Shown one piece after another: positions 12,065-25,636 of a stretch of 64,000 nucleotides of DNA. This stretch comes from Hypanus sabinus (Eukaryota). How positions within the stretch are numbered: the stretch's first letter is position 1; every line of letters begins with the position of its first letter. The notes beneath the pieces are model-generated. The model made no database searches. It saw only the letters and a list, made by a program, of their open reading frames with translations, and was not told the DNA's origin. The position numbers and the translations under genes were made by a program. Location: assembly GCF_030144855.1 (NCBI RefSeq), contig NC_082733.1:31744001-31808000 (forward strand). The letters run 5' to 3'.

Positions 12065-15000
12065 GTAAAGCAGCACTTTTTCTCCCCAATATAGATAGTT
12101 AACTTGCTCGTATATAGTGAATCTGAGAATCAGTTGACACTTTTGACACTTTTTAATAAAATCCATGAATCCCTAAATCCAGAGTTCACCAAATTTCCTG
12201 TAGAGACTTGATTACACAGTGGTTCTTTTTGTTGAAGACACCAATCAATCTGAGCAGATATATATTTGCATTCTGCTGGCTGTATGGGTTCAACATGAAA
12301 TAACTTTGGGCAGGTGTCATTTAATTAATAGTAAACATGGTCTCACAGGATCGAGCATACTGATTTAGAGAGGCTACAAAGGTGATTGGTATGAGAAATA
12401 AAAATCCCATGTTATTGTAGTACAAATTGCCAAGTGATTTTTTTTTTGGCACTGATTCATTGTTAATGTAGGAGAGAGAGAGTTGATGTGTCCTGGGAGT
12501 GCTTGACTGAACATTGTGGAGGGAACCACTCTGCATTGAACACATTCTCTGTCTCATTGGGGACCATTTGATGCTGATGCTGGCTCCATTTCTAAGAATT
12601 AATGTCCCTTGCCATGAAGCACACATAAATTCATCAATAACATTTGCCCTTTCCCTAGTGAGAATCTGTAAATATTCTAACAATATCCTCTTCAGACTGG
12701 CAGACAGTAGTCCTCATTCAGTTTCCCGATTGATGTCAGGCTGGATCTCAAAAATAATTAGTGGTATCGGCCAAGGTATTCATGCATTATACATTTGCAT
12801 CATTGTTTTTATCTACAGGGAAATATTAAACTATTGATTAGAAACATTGCTGAGAATTTTTTCATTTTTATGTTTAAGAAATAGAAGGCCTGAGTCTTTC
12901 ATAATTTATCTATAAAAAGCACAATATACCAATTCCCTACTTACTGGACCTGTGTTAGCTTAAGCCTTGAGGTAAATTTTCAAGAACATAGGGCCAAACA
13001 CTTTTGTCTGAATTGCAGATGTTGGGAAAAGAGTTAAGCAATGCAAAACTCCTGGGGTAACCCACCTGCTAACTCAGCATAAAGATCAGGTTTCTGGTCA
13101 TGGGCACTATAATGGTGATGCCATTATAGACTTTAAAAATATAATTGCAATCGAAGCATAAGTTACTTTATGGTTTGTACCAGAGGCCTAATGTACATTC
13201 CTTGAGTATGCATTTTAAACTGTGTCTTTGGCATCAATGATGATTTCTAGTGGTAGGGTGTTATTCAGTTCAGAATTCTAGCATTTCTTGATCTGTTTTA
13301 AACTTTTTTCCCGCACATAGAGGGAGGGCTAAATCATTTTCCCCTAGTCTTTCTGTGTTATGCTTTTTTTAGGTAATTTGATTTTTTTTTCATCTTCTAT
13401 TATAACAAGTTTTTTTCAGAACCTCTAACTAGGGGATGAGCAATCTCCTAGAAATTCTACAAACTCTGAATTGGGGAATATATTCCGAAGAATCAGTCTG
13501 TGTAAGATATCATCTGTCCCTAACTAAAATCAACTAGAGGATGCTAGTCTGTGGATAGTGGCAACTACTTTTACAATGCAAGCTTTTACCAGATCTGGAT
13601 TTTGAAACCTTGAACAAAATGAATTGTTCAGGGATACTGGCAGCCTTAAGTGGACATGCAACCCAAAGGCCAATGTTGTATTCATCAAGGACCATATTAA
13701 AATACCATAGTGTAATTGGGATAAGCTTTCATTTGTACATTTACATCTAAAAGGTGTATTTTATTGTCCTGAGGCCCTTGTACTTTCTGCCTGAAGAGAG
13801 CATGGCATGGGTGGTGAGGATATCTGATGATGGATGCTCCTTTCCTACAACAGTGTTTCAATGTAGATGTCCTCAATGGTTGGGAGGGCTTTACCGTAAG
13901 CAATAACATTGACACAAACCTAGTTCCTGCTTGGCAGAAGATTCCCATGGCCCCTCATCTACTAGCATGTCCATCACCTGACTACTTAAACACTCATTAA
14001 TCTGTGTGGACTGTTAATAAGCCAGGCATTCCTGACCAGGGAGGACCTATAGATCACATGGCCGATCAGTTTGTGTTAATTTGTCCTCTACTCCATCTCA
14101 TATACAGGTGCTACTTTCAAGCAGCAAGTTTACTTGAGGGTTCAGCCTGAATGATTTGTAAAATTCAAAATAATTGACAAATGAAACAGGGTTCTACCCA
14201 CAATTAACACTAAAGCTGTATCTTGAGAAGGTTGCTCAGTATCTTGTTCCTTTTCATACATGGTCCTGGTCCCTGGCCATGGTGTATAGAGATGTCCTTT
14301 GGATGCCCTTTTGTATCTGGCTAATAGGATCACAGCTATCAGCCACTAAACAGTTCAGGTGTCATGTCATTCTATTCTGTATCTGCCAGCTACATCTTGT
14401 GCCCATATGTTAACTTCCTTTCACTCATTTCCAATTCTCTCCACTCTTATCAATCTTGTCTGATATATTTCAAGATGGGATGTGTATTCATCCTCTTAAA
14501 ATCTAAGACAGCTATATTTGCATTTATGGCTAGGAGATGCTCCTTATAGAAGACTAGCACCCTTGCAAAGTTGTGATGCTACTATAAATAACTATTCTGA
14601 TAATCAAACCCTACATAATTTAACTATGTTTGTTGATGAACGAAGCTGCAAGGAAATTTGAACCTAGCTGCAGATGACCAGACATTCGTAATAAAAAATT
14701 GACAGATGGGAAGGAATTAAAAACTCAACTGTAAGGTGATATTTCACATTCTTCTTAACCATCCAAATCCACTGCAACTTGAATTACAATTCTAAACATC
14801 TCTTGGAGCAATTATGTTGATCGAATGGAAACATGAGATGAGTCTGCTTTTCAATTAAAAGTTTATTCTGTTCTTACCTGCATATTTTTGGTTATCATAT
14901 TTCTGGTAAATTTATGTGAATTCTTCAAAGTAACAGTGAGTTTCATTTACCAGATTGATCAAATGAAACAAAACCTGATTGTATACCCTCACTTATTTAA

Positions 15001-15984
15001 TCTTGTTGTGTTGCTGAAACAGTATCTGTTTGCAAAATGAGCTGCTTAACTCCAAAAGCCCACATTTTAGACCATAAGATATAGGAGCAGAATTAGGCCA
15101 TTTGGTCCATCGAGTCTGTTCCATCATGGCTGATTCATTTTTCTTCTCAGCTACATTCTCTAAACTTCTCTCCATATCCCATCATGCCCTGACTGATCAA
15201 GAATTTATCAACCTCTGCTTTAAATATACATAAAGATTTGGCCTCCACAGCTGCCTGTAGTAACAAATTACATATTTTCTGAGAAGACATTCAATATTTT
15301 GTGCAAAAAATACGACAGAAATAATATTCCCATAAATTAATTTTGCTATTTTCAGTTTCAATCAGTTTATAAAATCACTGCATCTGTGCTTGTTTTCTTG
15401 CACTGACTGAACTGTATTCTATTAGTCAACCTCAGTCATTGTGATTTTACAATACTCATGAAGTGACATTGTCTTGCAGAAGATAGAAAATAAATCCTGA
15501 ATGTACCTCTTTATAGACACACAGATTAGCAGAGACATGGATGTATAGAAAATGTTGTTAAGAATTGTTCATGCATTTCAAAAATAGTATAATTACCATA
15601 TTGCATAGTAAAGAATATCTTCAGTAGGTGGTGCTATCACCATGAAATAGTGCAGAAAAGTACACATACTAAACACAATAGGAATATTAACTCAAAATGA
15701 GTCATATGTGCTTTTACAATTTTCATATTTGTAATGAACATCTTGGTATAATAATGTTCGTTTCAGTGAGCATTCAGTCCATGATATTCAGTAGAAGCGC
15801 CATCTTTTTTTCAGTATTTAATTTTACAATTTTGTAACTTAAAGATTTGTCTGTCAGTCAGCAGATTTGTTATTGTCAAGCTATGCAGTTGCCTATTTGC
15901 CAGTCATAAGTCATTCTTCATGGACAGTCATTGATAATATTATCCTCAAAGGTAGCAGGGCAGGTAAATGAGGTGGTGAGAAAG

Positions 15985-16176
15985 TCAAGCCACACACACA
16001 AAATGCTGGAGGAATTCAGCAGGCCAGGCAGCATCTATGGAAAAGAATCCAGTCAACCCTTCGGTCTGAAATGCTGACTGTACTATTTTCCATAGATGCT
16101 GCCTGGCCTGTTGAGTTCCTCCAGCATTTTGTGTGTGTTGCTTGGATTTCCAGCATCTGCAGATTTTCTCTTGTTT
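15985..16176 (+). mobile_element. Palindromic Penelope-derived mini-element
   Basis: Inverted arms of about 50-60 bp (cacacacaaaatgctggaggaattcagcaggccaggcagcatctatgg and its reverse complement) plus a 3' extension; 12-bp TSD gtggtgagaaag at 15973-15984 and 16177-16188. Confidence 0.8.
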
Positions 16177-18419
16177 GTGGTGAGAAAGACACAGAGGTTG
16201 TTTTCCTTTATTAGCCAAAGCTTGTAAGAGCAGGTTATGCTTGAAATGATGCAACATTGCTTGGGCCACAGCTTTAATATGATGGACAATTCTCATTGCC
16301 ACATTACAGAACAGAAATGATTGCACTTCAGGAAGTTGCCAGGAATGAAAAGTTGTAGCAATGAGGAGAATTTATAGAACATGACCAGTCAGAAAGAAAA
16401 GGTGACAATTAGGCCACTGTGTCTATTCTGGTTGGAGAGGTGCTGATCTCACCTTCCACCGCTAGGTTCAGAGCCCTGCAGGTCAGTGCTCCAGAGTTCA
16501 TATCTGAGTCTTTATTAATCACTCTGGCAGCTGGTAATAGTGGTTAAGGTGGAATAGGGGAAGCTGGAGGGAGATAAATGAGGTGTCTAAAATTTGAAAG
16601 AAATATAAGAGTAAGTAGTAAGGATCTATTTCCTTTAGCAAAGGAGTCAAAAATCAGCGATACATTGACTCTCATTGTAACTGGTGAAAAGAATAGATGG
16701 GGATAAGGAAATTATCTTTCACTCAGAGATAATAGAGGTCTGGAACTCACTGGCTGCCAGAGTGATTAGGCAGAAATCCTCATCACATTTTAAAAAAAGA
16801 CTTGAATACATACCTGACAGCATTGACCTGCAGGCTTCCAAACTTAGTGCTGCAAGGTGACATTAGATTAGGTAACTGGTTTCCAAACTACATTGACAGA
16901 ATGGCAAAGGCCCTAGCTCATGAACTTTTTTGAAGGAAAAGTATCTTAAATAAAAACTAGATTATCTTCTATCCATGCTCTCTCATTTTTCATAAATCTC
17001 TTTTTAAGATATCTGAGAAATGCTCCAGTAAAACAGTAAAACAAATTCTACTCAGTCTTAAATGAAAACAAGAAAATTCTGACAGTACTCAGCAGATCAG
17101 GCAACATCTGTGAAAATAGAAACTAAGCTAACATTTCAGATCAATACACACCAAATGCTGCAGGAACTCAGAAAGTCAGGCAGCATCAATGTAGGGAAAT
17201 AAACAGACGAAGTTTCAGGACTGGAAAGGATGGGGGCAGAAGCTGCCTGACCTGTTGAGTTCTTCCAGTTTATTTTATGTGTTGCTCAGGAGTTGCATTA
17301 TCTGTAGTTTTTTGTTTGTATTTCAATGATGTTTCATTGATAGCTTATTGCAAGAAGTTCCATTCAACTAAAAAAAAGTGATGTCATGATTTGTCCCTTT
17401 TTTGTACTGGCTTCACAATTATCCCCCACACAAAAATGAAACAAAGCTGTGCTTTATCAATTAAAACTTGTACCTTGATTTGACATCTAAGTTACTCAGT
17501 AATATGACATCCTCTGATTTGTTTTGTGAAACTTAGAATGATCGCTGATAATTTCAGTCTTTTGTTTTAAAGTCTTTGTTCCCCTTTGCTACATTTCCTG
17601 TCATGTTTGTATCCAATTTAATAATCAAAATTTGTCGAAATTATAGTTGGTTATTGTTTACAACATTATTTGGAATATTCATCAAAATCATGCTATTAAC
17701 TGAAAAAGTTTCATCTTAGTCAGAAGTAATCATTATGAAGAGAGATTTTTGTTTACTCACCTAATGCTGATTAAACTATAAATATTATGGGTGGACTTTG
17801 GCTGTAAGAGGACGTAATCCTCATTATTTGAATTATTCATTGGACATTATGTAGCATAACACTTTCATGATAAGGTCAGTGTGTCACCAGAAACGCCATG
17901 AGAAATACCTGTGTTGATCTGCCATTCTGTTGCCTATCTGTAATTATTTCTTCATCAGTCATTCATGGGATGTGACTGTTGCTGCCATGTCGAGAATATA
18001 TTGCCAACCCTTATTACCTCTGAACAGAGGTACATGGTATCCCATTTCAGAGGCCATTTAACAATCAAGCACATTACTATGGGTCTGTGATATATAAACT
18101 TTAAATACAAACAAGCCAGATTTTGAACTATTATTGATCAGTTCATTCCCAGAATAAGTTTGGGGGAGAGGGATATTGAAAATTAGTGTTTTAAGATGTT
18201 TTTAATATAAAGCTCCAAGACATTAGGTAATGAACCAATACCAAGAATCACTATACTGGATGTTCAATACACTGAGTCGCAGCAAAGGAGGATGAGAGTT
18301 GGCTTGTTAGAGGTGTACAAGATGATAAGACACATTGGTCAAGTGGTATGCCAGAGACATTTCCCCAGAGCTGAAATAGTAAATACGAGAGGGAATAATG
18401 TTATGGGTAGGCACATGGA

Positions 18420-18860
18420 TCTAAAATTTTCACAAACTATTATAGACGTATGGTGGAAAGTGTATCAACTGGCTGCATCACAGCCTGTTATGGAAACACC
18501 AATGTCCTTGAACAGGAAATCCAACAAAAAGTAGTGGATGCAGCTCTGTTGATCACAGGTAAAGCCTTTCCCACCATTAACTACATCTATATGGAGCGAT
18601 ATCGCAGGAAAGCAGCATTCATCATCAGAGACCCCACCACCCATGTCATGCTCTCTTCTTGCTGCTGCCATTGGGAAAAAGGTACAGGAGCCTCAGAACT
18701 CACACCACCAGTTTCAGGAACAGATATTAAACCGCAGCCATCAGCCTCTTGAACCAAAGGAGATAACTTCACTCAATGTCACTTGCCCCATTATTGAACT
18801 GTTTCCACAACCTATGGACTCACTTTCAAGGACTCTTCATCTCATGTTCTTAATATTTTA

Positions 18861-18891
<31 letters not shown>

Positions 18892-19098
18892 GTTGTTGTT
18901 GTTATTTATTTATTTTTGTATTTGCACAGTTTGGTATTTTGCACATTGGTTGAACTCTCAAGCTGGTGTGGTCTTTCATTAATTCTATCATGGTTATTCC
19001 ATTAAGGATTTATTGAGAAGGGCTGCAAGAAAATCAATCTCGAGGTTGTATATGGTGACATATATGTACTTTGATAATAAATTTTACTTTGAACTTTT
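18420..19098 (+). mobile_element. Rex1/Babar-like LINE 3' fragment with (att)n microsatellite
   Basis: Remnant VESVSTGCITACYGN...RKAAFIIRDP; (tttgaac) tail; related copies at about 33460-34250 (-), 52300-52730 (-), 54440-55070 and 60550-60990. Confidence 0.65.
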
Positions 19099-19959
19099 GA
19101 TTAAAAATAAAGGGCTGTATGGAAAGGAAAATTTGGTTGATCTTGGAAGGTCAGCACAATATCATGGGCCAAAGGGCCTGCACTGTGCTGTATTGTTTGA
19201 TGTTCTGAATGTTCATTATTCTGTCATGGGTCCTTCAATCACTGAGAGAAAACTAAAAAGATTTAAAATGGGAGGTTGCAAGCAGTAGCTTTTTCCAGGC
19301 TCTGGAGGAAACTATTCAAATAATTGTAGATGGAAAGTATACATTGACAAGTTGAACTAATCAAGATTAAATATAACTCATTATTAGTTATCATTTTTTT
19401 TTGTTTATTTACTGTGTAATTAGTGCACCTCAGGTCTATTATTTAGTCATGAAGTCAAACTTCTTGGCACGCTTTTGAGGTATCCATGTTCAAGATGTGA
19501 GCTCCAGCAACAGAAACAGATTACACTGGCACAAAACATCCAACACCACGGCCACCATGTTTTCTTTTGTTGGGTCTGACAGTATTCTGTTAAAACTTCC
19601 TCCTTGAACTGCCAAACTTAATGAAGCACTGTTTCTGAACCACAAAACATATATCCTGCCACAGATCTCACTGATATTCTTTAAGGTTTATGTTTGTTGA
19701 TCTCTTTAAGTAGACATTTTAGATGCAAAGAGTTTTGTTTCCTTAGTTCCCTCCAGCCAGTGTGTAAATTCTCTGATGGTGAAAGTTTCCCATCAAAGAT
19801 GATCAGTACTTTGGAGGATTTCCACTGTTATAATTCAGTATAGCCAGAACAGCGTCAGTATATTTTCAGAGAAATGAATACGACCCCTCCTGTTGACAGT
19901 ATCATGGCATCTTTAATCAACAGCTATGCCAAGAGTGAAGAGACACTGACAATGGATAT

Positions 19960-20545
19960 TAGAAAACATAGAAAACCTGAAGCACAATACAGGCCCTTCA
20001 GCCCACAATGTTGTGTCAAACATGTCTCTACCTTAGAAATTACTAGGGTTAGCCATAGCCCTCTATTTTTCTAAGCTCCATGTACCTATCCAAATACTCT
20101 TAAAAGACCCTATCGTATCCGCCTCCACCGCCATTGCCAGCAGCCCATTCCACGCACTCACCACTCTCTGCGTAAAAAAAAAACTTAACCCTGACATCTC
20201 CTCTGTACCTACTCCCAAGCACCTTAAACCTGTGCCCTCTTGTGGCAACCATTTCAGCCCTGGGAAGAAGCCTCTGACTATCCACACGATTAATGCCTCT
20301 GATCATCTTATACACCTCTATCAGGTCACCTCTCATCCTCCGTCACTCCAAGGAGAAAAGGCCAAGTTCACTCAACCTGTCTTCATAAGGCATGCTCCCC
20401 AGTCCAGGCAACATCCTTGTAAATCTCCTCTGCACCCTTTCTGTGGTTTCCACATCCTTGTAGTGAGACGACCAGAATTGAGCACAGTGCTCCAAGTGGG
20501 GTCTGACCAGGGTCCTATATAACTGCAACATTATCTCTCGGCTCC
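19960..20545 (-). mobile_element. CR1 LINE 3' fragment
   Basis: ORFs LYRTLVRPHLEHCAQFWS and MRGDLIEVYK; (ttctatg)-type tail. Confidence 0.85.
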
Positions 20546-20731
20546 TAATATATTATAAGAAGGAAAATTAGAGGGGAAGCAAAAACAAATGGGAATAACA
20601 ATTAATTATATCAGCAGATTTTAAAAAGATACTATCATTGATGAGAGTGCAGAGGGGGAAAAGGAATTTGCTTTTTAAAAAATAACATTTTTAGAATAAA
20701 TAAAATTTGATAATTTTTGTTTTGTGGACAG

Positions 20732-20797
20732 AAAGCAATTGATCGGGGAATAAACTTTGTTCGTGTGATGGTGAAAGGTTTGGGACCTGGCAGGATG
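20732..20797 (+). CDS. MRPS11: MRPS11 exon 5
   Basis: 66 nt, KAIDRGINFVRVMVKGLGPGRM (uS11 VKGxGPGR motif); acAG acceptor, ATG|GTGAGT donor. Confidence 0.97.
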
Positions 20798-22335
20798 GTG
20801 AGTTACAGCATTTCAAATGCTGATGTTTCCATAATACCTTTTCTATCACCTGCTTATTGTTGCCTTTTTGTCTCCTGAAGCAGTTCCAAGGCGAAAGAAA
20901 ACGTTTATCAAATGCATTTTTGAGATCTCAGTACATACTTGCTTAACCACCAATTGTTTGTAATTTGAATAATATATCTTTGAATGTTTAATGTATTAAT
21001 ATGTCCGTAAGTGTTTATTGTATGATGCACTATTACACAAAATAATTCAGATAAACAATTGTACACCAGCAGTTAGATTGTTTAGAAGCCTATACCTACT
21101 TAGAAAACTATTGAGTTTTAAAAACTTTAAAACTTCAAACTAAGATGGAGCAGAAACCTGCCTCAATTGTTTAAAAAAAAGAAATAGTGCATTACATCTG
21201 AATTTTCCAGCAGTGAAAATAATAGTCGTTACACTAACCATTACAGTACCTTTCCACCCTATTTTCTTTAAGACATTCCTTAACACCACCATCCTTATTA
21301 GATTTTTTAATGGCTTTGTGTCAAATTTTGCTTGATAATACTATTGGCCCAAGTTACTAGCAATGGGCTTTCCATAATATGGTTAGTTGTATTACGGTTG
21401 GGGAGGGAAGGGTGAGTGTGATGTTTGGCTAGAAAGAAATTGAGGACCATCCATATTTGTGATGAGACTAGAATCAGATGCAAGTGAGGTCAGCAGATTC
21501 TTTTTATTTTAATTCAGCAATATTTTTATATCAGATCTCTTCCATGGTCTAGTCTGGTAATATCAGTACTGCTCCACAACATTGAGAAAAGCTATCAACT
21601 TCTGGGCAAATATTCCCATCAGTAGTTTAAGAATTAGTTCAGCTTGACTATGTTCTATTTTTTTTAAGTTCTGAAATCACTCAACAACAGTGATGTTGCA
21701 TCTGGGAAACAAGGGGTGATAAAGGGGAAAGAACAAAAAATATACCTCCGTATAATGTGTAAATCTGAAATAAGAACTTTACCTAAACCAAGTATTAGTT
21801 CTGTGTTTGAAGACCACTTTCCCTTTTCACTCTATTACAGTTAGAGTACCATTTCTCGAGGAAAAAAATACTAATTAGATAGGAAGACTGAGAAATCATT
21901 CTTGCGGTTTACCAATATTAGCTTTGTGTACTAAATACATTAACGTGCCGTGGGTGGTGTGAGTGCTTAAGAAAGCATAAAACAGGAAGTGCATTCGTCA
22001 GAACAAGCTGATTCCCTCCGCTACCTCCGTGCTTTGGAAAGAAAAATAAGTCTTTACACCCTAGAGATGGCTTCTCAGAACACTGCACATAAACATTATT
22101 CATTATTATACCCCAGACTGTCCAGAGATTAATTCTTAGCAAATTAACTTACAAAACATTTATTTGGTACACCAGACCTGATGCTGCATCTACTGATGGC
22201 ATTAGTCTATTTGCTGTAAGATCTCACTGTTGTTAGTCTCCATGTGGACATTTTCTTCCAACTGGCTTTAGTCCTTAAGAGCTTAATTTCTTCAGACTTG
22301 TTTGAATGGCCAATTAGTGGAATAACCACTGTATA

Positions 22336-22804
22336 CAGTACTGTAATAATTCTATGTATTGCACTGTACTGCTGCCACAAAAAAAATCATGACATATGTG
22401 AATGACGATAAACTTGATTCTGATATGGGTCTGTATTGTGGACTGAGAGTGCGAAGAGGACAGCAAGAGGGGAATTGTAGTTGGGAAAAGGTGAGGGAGC
22501 AAGAAGCACCAAAGAGATATTCTGTAAAGATCAATAAACCAGTTGTTTGGAATCAAATTACCTTGCCTGGTGTCTCAGCGCTGAGTCTGCCTTGCACCCA
22601 CACCGTCCCCTGCCCCTGAACCTCTTTCTCTGCCACCTGTCCCACACACCCGCAGCGGCACTTCACCCTTGCAGTTCCCAACATTCTTTGATCCCACCAG
22701 ATTTACAAACTCGCTCTCCACTCCACTTTGGCAAATGCAGTACTGCGCAAAGGTCTTAGGCACCCTAGCTATATATGTTTGTCTAAGACTTTTGCATGGT
22801 GCTG
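22336..22804 (+). mobile_element. Composite non-autonomous Tc1-type element: ~400-bp body followed by a 67-bp TIR hairpin (22738-22804)
   Basis: TA on both flanks; CAGTACTG-type octamers at 22336, 22738 and 22797 (decayed); hairpin arms match the TIRs of the Tc1 at 48843-51554; homologous to 62492-62970. Confidence 0.75.
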
Positions 22805-25240
22805 TACCTTTGTAGAGCTATAGAAATATTGGTACCAGGAGAATATTTATTTAGCCCATTGCCCTTATTTATGCTTTTGTACTCTCATTCCAGTTCCTTT
22901 TGTAATAATTTTCTCCAAGTGTTTCTTTAATTCCCTGTCAGTTTATCTACCTATCACAACTACTGAGTGCATTAAAGCCATATAAAAGAGAAAATTGAAG
23001 AGGTGTCCTATTTAAAAGTGTACATGCAGGACTGATAAATGGACAACCTTTTTTTTTAGAAAGAGTTTGGTCTCTGCATTTTATAGGGACATAAAATGAA
23101 AGGATAAGTAGGCACATACTCATGATGTGAGGTTTCACTGACCTTATTCCTCCTGCTTGTTCTGTCAAATCCCTCTTGACAATGATAAAGCTTTGTAATA
23201 TTCCGCTCTTATTTTCTTGAAAGAATGTGAAGCTTCAGGCCAAATGATGGTGGAGAAAAAATAGGAAGAAACACAGAATGTGGCACTTGAGAACAAATGT
23301 ACACGCACTGGATGAGATTTTAATAGCTCACCAATTATAGGCCCCTATCAAGAATGTGTGAAGCATGATGTCTAACTTGGGCATTATTCAATGGCGCAAG
23401 TATTCTGACCTCCATAAATGATTTTTATGTGCATTGTAAATAACTTACCACTGAGGTCTCCAGTTAAGAAGAGGATTTTCTGATTGATCCTTCCTCATGT
23501 TGTTGAGTGCATTATTTCCTGGCTATTTCTAATTTGTCTGATTTGTAGTGAAACTGATGATCTGGCACCCTCAAGACTTTAGTAATGTGGGTCTATCAGA
23601 TTCCACACTTCTGGATACTCCTCTTGTAAATGATACCAACAGGCTTAATTCACCTTTATTAGGATTTAGGGTTCCCAGCCTGGGGTCCACGGACCGCTTG
23701 GTGAATGGTAGGGGTCCATGGCTTAAAAAATGTCAGGAACCCCTGATTTAGATGTTAGGCACTAGAATGATGAACTTTCCAAGGATAATTGCAACTTTCT
23801 TTACAGTGAACAGAGCTAACAATCCCACACCAGTGGATCCGTAACCTTGTCTCACAGTGCTGGAGAACTAAAGGACCAACGGGACAAGGAATTGACATTC
23901 CAATTAGAATTGGTTTATTATTGTCACATGTACAGTGAGTACCATTCATACGGATCAAGCCACTGTGCAATGAATTGAGGTAGAACAAAGTAAAGCAATA
24001 ACATAAATAATGGTGATTGAAGGAAAGTTTAGGAAGCATGTTAGGTTTTTTTTTACACAGTGCATGGAATGGTGGTAGAGGGAGATATATTAGGGACATT
24101 AAAGAGACTGTTAGATACATGAATGAAGTGAAAACAAAGCGCAATGCGGGAGGGAAGCAATAGATTGATCTTGGATTCAGTTAAAAGGTTGCACAACAAC
24201 CTGGACCGAAGCATCAATGCTATGCTGTATTGTTCTATGAACCGAATGAGCTAAAAGGGAGTGTATGACTTGGGACCCTGGTGAGGTTAAAGCAAGTTTA
24301 AAGGAAGCATATGAAATGTGTCCCAGTAAGCCAGATGATGTACCATCAGGATTTCCATCCAATAGGATAGTAGATCATTGGAATTTTATTGTGGCTTTTA
24401 CACTTGTTTGCTGATAGTTCATATCTAATTCATCAGTGCTGCTTTTAAAGCAGTTATGATCATTGTCTGAGTGTTTATTCTCTTTCAACTGCTGTAATCT
24501 GGTTCTTGGTGATACTCCTCTGGCATACTTGCCCCTCTTTTTTTGTTTCTCTTGTGAAGGTTGTTTCTCTATCCACTAGGGTACACTTATGCTGTTGGCA
24601 TTCAACCATCAGCCCATCATCTTATGTGAGTATTCAACAGCAGGCACTGACGTTAAGTGAAAATATGCTGTTCCTTTATAGAACATAGAACGATACAGCA
24701 CAGTGCAGGTCCTTTGGCCACGAGGTTGTGCCAACCTTTTAACCTGCTCTAAGATCAATCTAACCTTTGTTCTGAGATAGCTCTCCTCATATATGTGGCT
24801 ATCTGAGAGTTTCTTCACTGTCTCTCATCTCTCTCTCTCTATCACTATTCCTGGCAGGGTGTTCTAAGCACCCAACCGTTCCCTGAACAAAGCTTACCTC
24901 AGACATCTCCCCTATACTTTCCTCCAATGAACTTAAAATTATTCATGGTGGGCTGCTAAATTAATCATGTTTTCAAATGACAATTGTAAGCATTTTCAAG
25001 CAGAAGTGACTGAATAGTGCTGGGCACATGAATCTAGGTGGATTTTCAATAATTTACCAGCCCAAGGACTGGTAAATTTATCACCTCAAGTGAATTCTTC
25101 ATTTTGAACTTTCAATCAGCTAAACACTGCTGTTGGCAGGATAAGTTTACAGAGTTTCTGATTAAAAATATGTTCAATGCTTTTAAATACATTTAAGGAT
25201 ATGGCTATAAGAAAATTAAGTTGCTATTTTTCTATTGCAG

Positions 25241-25348
25241 TCTGCTATAAAAGGACTAAGTATGGGGGGCCTCCAGGTGGTTTCAATTACGGACAACACT
25301 CCAATCCCCCACAACGGCTGCCGACCGCGGAAAGCACGCAGGATGTAA
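25241..25348 (+). CDS. MRPS11: MRPS11 exon 6 (terminal)
   Basis: [35 protein letters not shown]-stop (uS11 [11 protein letters not shown] signature); acceptor ttttctattgcAG. Confidence 0.97.
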   Translation, partial: SAIKGLSMGGLQVVSITDNTPIPHNGCRPRKARRM

Positions 25349-25630
25349 ACCTTTGAAGTGTGCAACTAAGGAGGAATCAGAAGGACCAGTCATTTGTTCT
25401 AGAATGTCGTCTTTTCAACCCACAGCAACATGAAACATTTGAACTCTAATTATCAGAGGCTTGTCAGAAGAATGAGTGTAACAGCTAAATTGGACTGTGC
25501 TGGGTAAATGATGAGGAAATATTCTAATTCTGCATGTTCCCATTGAAGGGGCTGATTAGAAAGTGTTCATTTTCACAGCTCCAAGACTCTTCGTCCAAAT
25601 GAGCGGAGACGGCTACAAGAACTGTCATAA

Positions 25631-25636
25631 AATAAA
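25631..25636 (+). promoter_or_regulatory. Probable MRPS11 polyadenylation signal
   Basis: AATAAA about 280 nt after the stop, followed by T-rich sequence. Confidence 0.6.
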
